Source: Lytechinus pictus (lineage: Eukaryota). Taken from it: 64,000 bases of DNA. Below are positions 22,915-34,768 of this stretch, piece by piece (position 1 is the first letter of the stretch; the number at the start of each line of letters is the position of its first letter). A model generated the notes under the pieces. It worked only from the letters and a program-made list of their open reading frames with translations, ran no database searches and had not been told where the DNA came from. The position numbers and the translations under genes were made by a program. The stretch is from positions 22,630,001 through 22,694,000 of the forward strand of contig NC_087255.1 in the NCBI RefSeq assembly GCF_037042905.1, read 5' to 3'.

Positions 22915-23662
22915 AAAATAGAATGATACATTTTGGGGAAAGATTTTTTTCGGGGCTACTTTTGAGCTCACCAGACCGAACTTGCCACATTGTATTAAAG
23001 TTTAACTTGGACCTTATGTGAATTTCAGGGGCTCTTTTAGTTTTCCAGGGCTCTGTTGGGCATTTCAGGGGCAGATTTTCCCCAAGCCCCCATGTAATAA
23101 TTTGATATTATGGAACATTTATAGAATGTTTTTAACAAACTTAGAAACGAGGTAATCATGGCCAACTGTGTGCAGGTTTTAGAAAAATGAAACCAGATTT
23201 AGATATCGACGGGTGGGGGGAGTAATCATGTCAAGCGTGATAAAAATAGAATGATACACTTTTAACTCTGATATCATGGAACATTTATAGAATGTTTAAC
23301 AAACTTAGAAACAAGGTAATCATGGCCAGCTGTGTGCAGGCTTTAGAAAAATGAAACCAGGGCCCCGTCTTACAAAGAGTCAAGATTGATCCAATCGGTT
23401 GTAACTATGGAAATCCTACAATGTCATAATTTTTTCTTTCGGAAATTTGTTTGATGTCCTTTGAAAACAAAAAGAAGCATACTGAAAACAGATAATGTAT
23501 GGATATACATCATTTCTAGTTATTGTTTTGAACAAACATGTATTTTAGATGTTGATGTTGCTGGCTTTCCATAGTTGCGATAGATCAGATCAATCGCAAT
23601 TCTTTGTAAGACGGGGCCCTGATTTAGCTTTCAAGTGGGGGGGGGGGGTGGAGTAATCATGT
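22915..23662. repeat. Local tandem duplication, each copy carrying a different insertion
   Basis: AAAATAGAATGATACA..ATGGAACATTTATAGAATG..GAAAAATGAAACCAG..GAGTAATCATGT occurs twice. Confidence 0.75.
23361..23618. mobile_element. CWG-flanked MITE
   Basis: TIR GGCCCCGTCTTACAAAGA. The empty site is visible in the neighbouring duplicate (23194-23196). An inverted sister copy lies at 25108-25369. Confidence 0.88.
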
Positions 23663-23751
23663 TCAATCTTTTTCTCTCTGTCTTCTGAGTATTTCACAAT
23701 CTCTCCTTCGCTTCTCTCTCGGCTTTCACCATGTATTTCTCACTCTCCATT

Positions 23752-25073
23752 GTCTCACCTGCATAGCAGAGCGAGACTATAGGCGCCGCTTTTCCGACGG
23801 CGGCGTCAACATCAAATCTTAACCTAAGGTTAAGTTTTTGAAATGACATCATAACTTAGAAAGTATATGGACCTAGTTCATGAAACTTGAACATAAGGTT
23901 ACTTAAGTATTACTGAACATCCTGCCTGAGTTTCAGGTCATATGACTAAGGTCAAAGGTCATTTAGGGTCAATGAACTTAGACCATGTTGAAAGAATTAT
24001 TTTCAAAATCTTAACCGAAGGTTAAGTTTTTGAAATGACATAACTTAGAAAGTATATAGACCTAGTTCATGAAACTTGGGCATAAGGTTAATCAAGTATT
24101 AGTGAACATCCTGCTCGAGTTTCAGGTCACATGACCAAGGTCAAAGGTCATTTAGGGTCAATGAACTTTGGTCAAGTTGGGGGTATTTGTTGAATTACTA
24201 TCATAACTTTGAAAATTTATGGATCTAGTTCATGAAACTTGGACATAAGGTTAATCAAGTATTAGTGAACATCCTGCCTGAGTTTCAGGTCACATGACCA
24301 AGGTCAAAGGTCATTTAGGGTCAATGAACTTGGGCCAAGTTAGGGGTATTTGTTGAATTACCATCATAACTTGAAAAATTTATGGATCTAGTTCTTGAAA
24401 CTTGGACATTAGGTTAATCAAGTACCACTGAATATCCTGTGCGAGTTTCAGGTCACATGACCATGGTCAATGGTCATTTAAGGTCAATGAACTTTGGCCG
24501 TGTTGGGGGTATTTGTTAAATTACCATCCTAACTCTGAAAGTTTATGGATCTAGTTCATAAAACTTGGACATAAGAGTAATCAAGTATCACTGAACATTC
24601 TGTACGAGTTTCAGGTCACATGACCATGGTCTCAAAGGTCAATTAACTTTGGCCATGTTGGGGGTATTTGTTGAATTACCATCCTTACTCTGACAGTTTA
24701 TGGATCTAGTTCATAAAACTTGGGATATAAGAGTAATCAAGTATCAGTGAACATCCCCTGTGAGTTTCAGGTCACAAAACCAAGGTCAAAGGTCAGTTAA
24801 GGTCAATAAACTTAGGCCATGTTGGGGTAATTGTTGAATTGCCATCACAACTTTGAAAGTTTATGGATAGAGTGAATGAAATGTGGACATGGGTGTAGTT
24901 GGCAAGTCTTAAGTCACCGTTCAAATGTCATTTATGGTCAATGAACGTGGTATTATGTCATCATATGAATGGTGTTTTTGTGAAGGATTATTTTATAGTA
25001 GTTTTCAAAGTTAGCACTGCTGCTATATTAAATAGCGTAATGCAGGCAAGACTGCCAGACGCATTCCACTTGT
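23752..25073 (+). mobile_element. HINE copy 3 (~7 internal repeats)
   Basis: 5' hairpin GTCTCACCTGCATAGCAGAGCGAGAC, 160-190-bp tandem units, and 3' TGCAGGCAAGAC subTIR. Confidence 0.85.
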
Positions 25074-25107
25074 CTTTCTCTCCTATGTATGCTTCTTTTG
25101 CCATCTG

Positions 25108-25369
25108 GGCCCCGTCTCACAAAGAGTTGCAATTGATCCAATCAATCACAACTATGGACGGCCAGCAACGTCATCATTATGCACGTTTGTTCAAAATATT
25201 TTCTAATTATGATGTATATTCAGGCATTCATTGTTTTCTTGAAAATTCGGTGTGCTCTTTGTTTACAAAGGACATTGTGCAAATTTCCTGTAGAAAAATT
25301 ATGACACTGATGGATTTCCATGGAGTTATGATTGATTGGATTAATCGTGACTCTTTGTAAGACAGGGCC
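25108..25369. mobile_element. CWG-flanked MITE
   Basis: CTG|GGCCCCGTCTCACAAAGAG...CTCTTTGTAAGACAGGGCC|CTG. Confidence 0.85.
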
Positions 25370-25476
25370 CTGATCATCCTGTCATGTTCACACCATCAGC
25401 CTGTCTCTCTCTCTCATTTCAACCTTTGAAATGGTATTTAATCTATTATGGGAAAAACAAATATCTGAGATTTGTG

Positions 25477-25482
25477 TTTATT
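25477..25482 (-). promoter_or_regulatory. Candidate MRPL55 poly(A) signal
   Basis: First minus-strand AATAAA I found downstream of the stop codon. Confidence 0.4.
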
Positions 25483-25759
25483 GTGAAGGAAAAAGCTTAG
25501 AAATGACGTAAATGATAATTGCATATTTACTGAAAATATAAGTGCAAGAAGAAATGTCATCTCAAATTTGTCCATCCTCGGATGTTACATCAATAAAGCT
25601 GATCTTCTATTTTCCATGCACATGTACCCTTTATGAAGATGTCAACGTTTCTTTTGTGGTAAATGGCAATTTTCAGAGGTACTCCAACTTAAATTTGAGT
25701 TTTATCCTGATGTTGACGCAGCAGTGATGTCCCTCTCTATGAGCCAGGGGTAGACTGAT

Positions 25760-25897
25760 CTGGACCCCACATCATTAAGCTTCACAATTAATTGTAAGCC
25801 CGATTTCTATGATTGATTGAAATTATTATTGTGTATGATGATCAATCGTTAAATCAGCCCAATGATGGATCGGTAAGCTTTATGTTGCAGGGACCAG
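25760..25897. mobile_element. Degenerate CWG-flanked MITE in MRPL55 3' region
   Basis: CTGGACCCCACATCATTAAGCTT...AAGCTTTATGTTGCAGGGACCAG. Confidence 0.6.
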
Positions 25898-26054
25898 AGT
25901 GTCATCCAAGATCCTCTCTATAATTCTAAATTTCACTGACAATTTGACAATCCTTATCTGGAAAAAAATTCCTTTATGAGGCAATACTCAAGTGTGCCAC
26001 AAAATGTCTACGCCATATTCACACAAAAGTTGTCTGTTATATATTTATCCCCAT

Positions 26055-26213
26055 TCAAGGTTTTGCTTTGTCTTTCTTCCATAAATGCTTGTATCTATTG
26101 GCATCAAAGTTGTCGTCTAGATCATCTTCTATTTTCAACTTTTTCTTGGGCTGGTATCTGGCAAGGCGAATCTTCTTTTCATCCGCTGGTAACATGTTGA
26201 CATCCACAGGTAG
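26055..26213 (-). CDS. MRPL55: Mitochondrial ribosomal protein L55 (bL31m), last coding exon
   Basis: CTCTCTCCAG| acceptor. LPVDVNMLPADEKKIRLARYQPKK...NRYKHLWKKDKAKP* matches the MRPL55 C-terminal pattern. Confidence 0.92.
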   Translation of the reverse strand, partial: LPVDVNMLPADEKKIRLARYQPKKKLKIEDDLDDNFDANRYKHLWKKDKAKP

Positions 26214-26634
26214 CTGGAGAGAGAAACATAAAAAAGAGAAAGAGGAGGAATTTGGGTTACGATTTTGACATTGACAAGGAAGACATTGCTGCCACTTCTG
26301 CTTAGAACTATTATGCAGGTAGTCAAAAGTTACACAATAGAAGGCATTACATAGTACCGGGTATGCAAAATATAGACTAAAGATAAGTGCAAAAGTTTTC
26401 CTGAAGCCACATTCTACACATCGATTAATTTTCATCATATGATCATTTTAAAAATGACACATAATAGACTCACATAGACTTAAAGATTTACATCCCTTCT
26501 AGGTTTTTTTGAGCGAGCACACACACTGTATTTCATCCAAATTTATTTAGCTGCAAATAAGACAGTAAATGTATACTTTTTAGGCATATTTAGTACATTT
26601 AAAGAAAAATATGTGGTGATTTGATCCCTCTGTA

Positions 26635-27360
26635 CAGTACGTGCCAGAAAACACGAAACCGAGAATTATCAATAAGTTTTTAACTTATCACAATACAATA
26701 GACAAATGACCTATCATTGTAAAGTTTAGAGTCTCCTCTTTCATCTGGTATTTCTGAAATGACTTCTTAATTCACGAACTGGTGAATAAAAACGATTTTG
26801 AGGGTTGCCAAAAAGTCACTTGACAGGCTCTATAATTTGATACCTAAATCTCAAAATATGGTCAAGAAATAACAAAGCTCTATTTATTTAGAATGACAAT
26901 TCTAATAATTTTATAAGGTAAAGATGCTTGACAGGTTAGCTGTAGGACTTACTTAACAGTCAACACTCCATTTCAAGCCATGTAAGAGTCTTTTGATAAC
27001 CTTGTTAACCGTGTGATAGCTATGGTAGCGAATATGCAAAAACAAGCATTATTTCAAAGAAACAGTACTTCGTTAACATTTCTTGATCATTTTCTGTGAT
27101 TGAGGTATCAAATTGAAGAGCACATATTGAACTTTAATAGACATGTGATTTTATTATTAATATTCAGATGCCACCTCCAAGTGACCTTTTGGTATACATT
27201 GCTTTCTTCAAATTGTTTTTTACTCACTCATGCATGAATAAGGAATAATTCAAGTTATTCCAGATAAAAGGGGACATTTGATTATTTTGTCTATGGTATA
27301 AGTGATTAAGTAATGATAAATCATCTATAATTCTTGGTTTCAGTTTTCTGGGATGCACTG
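26635..27360. mobile_element. Tc1/mariner-type MITE
   Basis: TA|CAGTACGTGCCAGAAAAC..GAAACC...GGTTTCAGTTTTCTGGGATGCACTG|TA. Confidence 0.75.
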
Positions 27361-27532
27361 TATAGAGAGTTGAACTCACACGTATAGATCTACATTATGT
27401 CACGCATTTCATGCATTATCAATTTGGTAAAGAAATTATCAACCTGTAAAAAAAATAATATCATATCTCTACACCTTATGAAAAATGGGACCATCTTGTT
27501 TCAGAAGTCAATGTATTTTTCAATGTTTCTAA

Positions 27533-27743
27533 GGGGGTGTTGCATGAAAATATTTGCAATCAATCGCAAATATTCTGTTGCAATTGATTGATCACTTTTA
27601 ACTATAGCAAATCAGATTACACTCCTTGTTTCATGGAGCAGATTAGCAATCAATCCCAAATTTGCAAGTAATTGCACGGCATATGCTTGATTTCGGGAAC
27701 AAAAATAGACTTGCAATTGATCGCAAGTTTCTTGCAACGCCCC
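27533..27743. mobile_element. MITE
   Basis: TIR GGGGTGTTGCATGAAA / TTTCTTGCAACGCCCC. It ends ~27 nt from the MRPL55 donor. Confidence 0.7.
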
Positions 27744-27771
27744 ATAAGAATCGTGAAACAATCTTGAATAC

Positions 27772-27993
27772 CTTTAAAATTTTCCTTGGTTCAGCATATT
27801 TGATGCGAAATGTTGATCCATCAGTGTTGACCACTAGAGTTGGGTACATGCGAGAATACACCTTACGATTTGTCTTGGCGATAGCTGCTCTGTTAGAACT
27901 CCACCTGACAAGATTCAATGAAAAGGGAATATTTGCAGGGCATTTGGCCCATAGGAGTGTTTTCATACATCTGCACAACCTCGATGCCTCCAT
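27772..27993 (-). CDS. MRPL55: Mitochondrial ribosomal protein L55, first coding exon
   Basis: Acceptor before 28006, ATG at 27993, donor AAG|GTATTC. A basic presequence precedes SSNRAAIAKTNRKVYSRMYPTLVVNTDGSTFRIKYAEPRKIL. Confidence 0.93.
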
Positions 27994-28882
27994 TGTTATT
28001 GGTGATCTGAAAGAAAATTTAAGAATAAATTATCAAATACATAAACATTATTGAATAATTTTGTAGTAATATCCATCCCACAGTGCTGAACATATAGGGC
28101 TGTGGGTGACAACAAATGAAAATAGCTGAAACTAAAAAGGTCCTCTATAGTTGAAGAGAGGAAATTTACAAACCATTGAGGGGAAAAAAATGAATATAAA
28201 AAACAATAAGGCTGACCGCTATAGACATCCATAATTGTTCTAAAACAAAACAAAAAAATATATATAAAAATGTTACTCCTCAAATAATCTAATGTGGAAA
28301 ATGTTTTATTCCTAAGTCTGCAACCACATACAACGCATACTCAAAAAAGGTATTTAATTATTGTTTTTTAACGAAAGTACTTGATTCCATTCATTTATGA
28401 TCTGTTTTTTCTACATATAATCTTGGGGATATACTTTTTTTATTCACAATTCTCAAAAACTGCAAATTAGAACATATTTTTGTGATGCCCTCTATTGGTG
28501 GAAAGTCACAACTGTTGTAACCCATAAACTCTCCAATTACAAAAAAAAAATAGTTTTGAGCAAAGGCATATAAAGAACTGTAAATTTATGAGTAGAAACT
28601 GACTACCCCAAAACAAAAGCTAAAAAAAAAGAAATATATTGGTGAAGATTTGATGAAAATCTGTCAAAGAATTCTAACACAGAATTGAATTTTGAAATTT
28701 GTGATGTCACAGATGAGCAGCTCAGTTAGTTTTTTTTATACATCACTCTACATGTACATGTGATATGAAGTTTTAAAAAAAATTGCATTTTCTAAAAAAT
28801 TGAAAGTGAATCTAGTTTCAAGCAGGGGATATCATCAGGTCTATTCATACACTCTTCTATTCATCATGCTTCATTGTATACT

Positions 28883-29296
28883 AATAAGCCAGTTCACGGT
28901 TAGCTCATGATCAACTTTTCTCAAATGACCTTTGTGATTTTTCATTAGGATAAGCACTATCATTAGCTTACCGTAGAGAATTCAAATTCTAATAACAAAA
29001 GGCATTGTATAGACCAGGTGACTAGAATAGTACATCAGGGATAAAGTTTGGAAATCTGTTTTATTGTCTGCCTTTGGCACATTTGACTATTGTTTAGGCT
29101 ACTGTCAAATACCAGTGATTATGAAGGCTCTATTTATTACTCTTCAGCTTGGATGTGATAAATATTTTGAAAGGAATACATGAATAATCATCAAATCACA
29201 AATGCCTATGTCAGTGAATTTGAAAGCCACCTTCATGGTTGTCTCCAATGACCTTTTTCTGCTCGTGCGCAGTTTACAACCGTGAACAGGCTTATT
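28883..29296. mobile_element. MITE
   Basis: TIR AATAAGCCAGTTCACGGTT / AACCGTGAACAGGCTTATT. Confidence 0.7.
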
Positions 29297-29444
29297 GTAA
29301 TACTTACTTCATAGCATAGATATATGGGGGAGCCACTCTCATACATTGCACTCATTCAATGAACAAGGTTATGATATAACCTTGTCTTTGTTAGGACTCC
29401 CTGTGTGGGGAAATAAGGTTGGCAACGTTTGGCTTATTTTCTCT

Positions 29445-29933
29445 TGTTCACCCCAACAAAAAATTTCGCTTAATTTCACACAACAGTCGGAACATCCTGG
29501 TCGGTGTGCAAATGATGACTGATGTCATCCACTCACTATTTCTTTTGTATTCTAGTATATTCTGATTTTCTCCCCCTTGTCATGTGAAATCAAGGTTTAT
29601 TCCTCTCTGAACTAAACATGTGGAATTAAAGTTGTTTAACATCATGTGGTTCAGTCACGTTTTTTTTACATTGTCAATTCTGTAAAAATTGAAATATTAT
29701 ATAATTCAAACAATAAAAAACATAAGAAATAGTGAGTGATGGACAACATCGAATCTCATTTGCATATCACTGAATTGTGCATATAACTGTTTTGAGAAAA
29801 ATAAGGGAAACTTTAAAATGTCATTACCTTCTTATTTTACATCCGATTTTGATGAAATTTTCAGCGTTATGCTTGTTAGATTTTTCTCAATTGATACAAA
29901 TCAACATATTTCTAGGGTGGACTTGACCTTTAA
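29445..29933. mobile_element. Kolobok-like MITE (left end damaged)
   Basis: Right end GGGTGGACTTGACCT|TTAA. Body homologous to 11511-11986. Confidence 0.7.
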
Positions 29934-30359
29934 GGACAAATGCTTTTTTTTTACACTGTCAGTTTCCAGTGCAACGATTCATCATATAACTTCAGGATGC
30001 TACATTCACATAGCCTTTTTTGAAGCACTTGCCAGTCGGGCAAGTAGATTTATGAATAGTTTGAAAATACTTGCCCAAAAATATATTTCACTTGCCCGAA
30101 AATAAAATCCATCGAAACAAAGTTTTACCACTTGAAAACAACAAAGTATTGCGGTTTTATACCACTGACTTTTTTTCTCTCTCTTTTTGAACATGAACTC
30201 ATGTACTTTGTATTTTTATTTTCAAAGTGATCTTATCTTGGCCATCATGACCAAAATTAGGGTTAATTATTAACCCTAATTTTGCTCCTAACATGTATTT
30301 CAATGTACTTTGTAGGGACCAAGGCACACAATAAAAAGAGAAATCACTAACATTACCTA

Positions 30360-30700
30360 AACTTAAAGAAAGAAAGAATAAATAAAATAAATTAATCAAT
30401 CAATAAATAAATAAATTGCAAAGAAAGCAAGAATGAAAGAAAAAAAGAGATCAAGGAGCATAAAAGAAAGGACGAAAAAAATAAATTCATAAAAAAATAC
30501 ATAATAAAAAAAAAAGAAAGAATGAAAGGAAGGAAGGAAACAAAAATAGGACAAAAGAATGGATGAAAAAAGCATGAACGAGAGAAAGGGAAAAAAGAGA
30601 TGAAGGGAGAAGGAAAGAAAGAACAAAATGAAGAAAAGAAAAAGGAAAGAGAACAAGAAATTAAGGAGAAAAGGGGAAGGGAGGGTGAAAAAAAAACCTT
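30360..30700. repeat. A/G-rich low-complexity tract
   Basis: Directly visible. Confidence 0.75.
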
Positions 30701-31216
30701 ACAATCAGCGCATAATACGATATACAAAGAAAAAGTAACACCAATCCTCTATCAAGAAAATCATCAAATTCGTCTTGAAACATATATTTTATTATTAATT
30801 TGTCACGCGCAAAAAATAGTTTTTCTTGGAGGGTAACAACTAACACTAACACTAACAGTTACATGTTGGCTTGTGGCAAGTGCGACGCAAAGAAAACGGT
30901 ATTTGGAAAGCCCGGTATTTAAATATCAAATAATTTTACCTTATTCATAATTTTCATATTTGGAACAGCAAAGTGCGAATTTTTCTTGGATTCTTAGGAT
31001 AGTTCCGTACACCATCCATACAGACAGTACCATCATTTTACAAACAAAATAATCCACACGCGGGACTGCGACTGAGGTGACTGATACTAAGCCTAAGGAA
31101 CGAAGGACACATCGGTCGAAAATCCGAAATAACTGCTAATATTAAAATATTATTTTACAATTAAGACAAATAAAATGAAATATACCGAAACATTATGCTA
31201 AATCATTCCAACTTAC

Positions 31217-31290
31217 CGCCTTTTTATAGACAAGAACGGGATTTTAGAAGGTGCTAAAAGAAATTTCCATGATTACCACTATGCGAACAT
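31217..31290 (-). other. MRPL55: Putative non-coding first exon of MRPL55
   Basis: Perfect minus-strand donor GCG|GTAAGT at 31216-31211, in CpG-richer sequence upstream of the orphan acceptor at 28006. The 5' boundary is a guess. Confidence 0.5.
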
Positions 31291-31410
31291 TGTCAATAGA
31301 TGGCGGTATACTCTCACTAGCTATCTCTCTCTCTCTCTCTAGCTCTCTAATCTCATCTCTTGCTCGATAATAGTCGTCGGAGTAATCTCTCTTTCAAGTG
31401 TTGAAGAGAG

Positions 31411-31562
31411 CGACGATTGATGATGATGATGATGGTCTGATGGTGACGATGATGATGATGCTGATGATGATGGTGGTTGTGGACGGTGGTGGTGATGATA
31501 CTGACGATGATGATGGTGATGATGATGATGATGATTCTGATGATAATGATGAAGATGAGGAT
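31411..31562. repeat. (GAT)n microsatellite
   Basis: Directly visible. Source of the His/Asp/Met-rich ORFs. Confidence 0.85.
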
Positions 31563-31849
31563 AAATATAATCAAAAGGGGCGGGAAAAAAATGACATCCA
31601 CATTTTCTGCTCGTAGTTCTAAAAGAGGAGTTAGAAGGGGGTGTCGTAAAAAACACTGAATTTTGGGGACATGTTAAACGCAACATTGAAAGCACTTTTT
31701 TTTCAGGGGCCGGGGGTCCAGCTGCTTTCGCCAATGTTTCCCCAACAGCCGTTGGAAGCTGATTTCCAGTTTGTTTCTTTAGTCCGATGGCAGTTACTTC
31801 TGAGCTTTATTCTTTAAACAATATAATTGTATCTCATTAGCTCTAATTA

Positions 31850-32650
31850 AATAATGCGAGCGCGAAGCGAGAACAATTTTTTTTATCTATTTCGTCCTAA
31901 AAATTGAACATTCAGAGCAATGTCTATGATCATGAACAATTGATGCTTATGTAACTAAATAATTACTGTGAGCGCGAAGCGCGAGCTGGAATTTTTAGTA
32001 TATAGGCCTATATATACTAGCCTGATCGAAAAGGGGACGTGCTAAGAACTGTTTGCCGTTCCCCCATGAAGACGACACATATATCAACAATCAAATAATG
32101 CGAGAGCAAAGCATAAGCACTATGTCAAGAACTAAATAAAAATTATGCAAACAAAAATTGTGAAGAGGATTATGGATCGCACTTGATAAATTATTTGAAC
32201 GAAATGTTTTCTTTTTGTATTTTTACCTAGGAAAGTGACATTCTAAGCACATTTTGTCATCATATAGAAAGGAAATATCTTCCTATCCTCTTCCTTAGCG
32301 CTAGATGAAAGTTGTTGATAATTATTCCGATATGAAAAAGTGACAATCTAAGGATTAAGAATTCATATTATCTCATTTAAATTATCTAACAGGCTTAATG
32401 AGGGCGCGAAATTTGTTGATATAAGGCCTGAAAACTAATCGTTTTTAATAACTTTTGTAAATATGAATAAGATGCATGGGTTAGTATATTCTTAACGCGA
32501 GTGCAAAGTGCAAGCCGAAATTGTTGATAAGCTGTCATGAAAAGGGGGTTTTAATTAGTTTGTAAGAATTCATAGATGAATATCTCATTAATCAATATTT
32601 TGAGAACTTTAATTATTAGGTAATTCAAAAATTAAATAATGCGAGACCGA
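31850..32650. repeat. Decayed interspersed repeat with periodic AATGCGAGCGCGAAGCG motifs
   Basis: The motif recurs at ~31854, 31966, 32097, 32397, 32496 and 32638, suggesting degenerate ~120-bp units. Termini were not resolved. Confidence 0.5.
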
Positions 32651-33329
32651 CTTGCCAATGAGAAAGGACGCGGGGAAAGGAGAAAAATCAACAAGTTTAG
32701 TACGTACCTATAACCATGATAACATTTAGAGATGCATGTTCTCTCCATTCAATTAAAAGATGCAGTAAATTGAAAAAAAAAAACATATAGGCCCTATTCT
32801 TTTCAGGAGTTCTATTTTCTATAATATTCCTTTCAGAATCTCATAGACCCAGCAAAGGTCCATGGTTTACCAAGGGATTCAGAATGTATATAGCTTTGTT
32901 TGCCTCTCACAGAACAATTCAATCCCCGCTCAATCGCATAGAGCTAAATAATAACTTTGGCGTATAAGTAAAAGATTTGACATTTTTGTGTCGGAGGGTG
33001 GGGATGTCATAAATTCGACTCACAGCCAAATTTCTGATTAGATAAATGTTAAAATTTAAAACAAAATTGACCTGAATTTCTATGTTTGATATTGCATGTA
33101 ATAAATTCATTGATTGTTATTGTTGTATAAAATAAAACAAATCAATTCCCTTATATTACCTTGCGATTTTGTGTTCGATAGTCGAATATCATGTGTCATG
33201 CGTTCATAATTGTAGAGATTGTTAACCCTCATCCCAGTTCACCTCTGGTTCCAGGGGCAGCGGTGCGAAGTTGAAAGTGGGGGGGGGGGGGGCACAGGGA
33301 ATTTCTCTTAGTAAAGGCATGATCTTTAA

Positions 33330-33573
33330 CATGGCCGTATGCAGAATATTTTCGCGGGGGGCAGCACGCGTTAACTTTTTGCAAATAGCTCAAAAGCGAG
33401 GGAGCAAAACGACTGAACATAATTATCATTGAGGCGCTTTTGCATTTAGTTAAGTGAAATTGATGGATTTCGTGCACACCTTTGTTGAATTTTGTGAAAA
33501 TCTGCAGTAAAAAAAGTGAGTTTTCAAAAAAAAATTGAGGGGGTAACCCCCCCCCCCGCTGCTTACGGCCATG
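33330..33573. mobile_element. hAT-type MITE
   Basis: TIR CATGGCCGTA / TACGGCCATG, with 8-bp TSD ATCTTTAA / ATCTTAAA (one mismatch). Confidence 0.8.
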
Positions 33574-34768
33574 ATCTTAAAACAAAGAAAAAGTGACTTA
33601 TCTACCCCACTCACATGACTCATGAAACTATGCACTTGCAGAATGGCGCTAAATAAAGAAATCGGGCACGAAAAAAGTGTTTTTTTTTGTAGGACAGTTC
33701 TGATATAAAGAACAGGCACCTATGACTGTATGAGAAGGCAAAAGGGCACTCGTTTAAACATATAAATCTTTCTCAGTTGAAAGGGGCATAGAACACGTTC
33801 CTGGGGACACTTTTCTTAGGTAAATAGGGGCACTGATTCCCTAAGAAAAGTGGCCCCGATACGAGAGAGGGCATCTATAAGAAGGGAAAGGGGCACTTGA
33901 TAACGGCATAAAACGGGTCATTCTCAGGTGAAAGGGGCACAGTTTGATGTGCCATTCAACTAAATAAAATGAAATTAAAATGAAAACAAAAAATGAAATG
34001 AAATTGATTACATAAATTATTGCTTGGACAGTTGGACTTAATTATCCAAAAATAATCCATATTCACTCTTTGGAAAGTGATGAACCATTATGATCATGAA
34101 GATGATTGTGGTGGTGGCGGGGGCATTAAATTTTCTAACTAGCCGGCAACTTTTTCATCCTTCAAAGTTTAAGATTAGGCCTACTTGAATAAGAACTAAA
34201 CATCGATTGGCACAAGTACCTCCGTTGCTATGCCAATGCAGGCGGAGCAAAAAAGAAGAAAGGAAAAAAAAAAGGGGGGGGGGGTATATTTTGATTCCAC
34301 GCCGTTAGAAATTTGGGTATTGTGAATTTAAAACATATTACATATTTTCAGCCTTTGTTAGTCGTCGAAATGGGCTCATAAGTTCAATGAATTGTTATCA
34401 GTTTCAATAGGAAAGTAAGTGGCAATTAAAAAAACCGGAGGGCATATCGGCTACTTGAAAAGTAGAGGGGCATTGCAGATTGTGGAGTAGGCCTACTGTG
34501 GGGTTCCAGGGCTCCCCAGTGCCCCCACGGGCAGGCAATTATTCTGCCTTTGATTTTATATGGGTAATTCTGGCTATATAATGCACAAAATGTTCTCTGA
34601 TATAGGTAGGTCCCAGGAGTAGGTCTGTACGGGGTCTGTACAGTATAAAAGCAGTACCCCATGTTTAGGGCCCGGTTTAGGGTCCAAAACACATACTTAT
34701 GGATGCTTCTGAACGCAGTCTAAGAATATATTCAGCTCCAAATTCTGTCTCTTCTTTAGAGGTTGGCC

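Noticed and set aside
31339-31734. His-, Met- and Asp-rich ORFs (also at 7163-7550 and 55819-56142)
   Set aside because: Translations of (GAT)n microsatellites.
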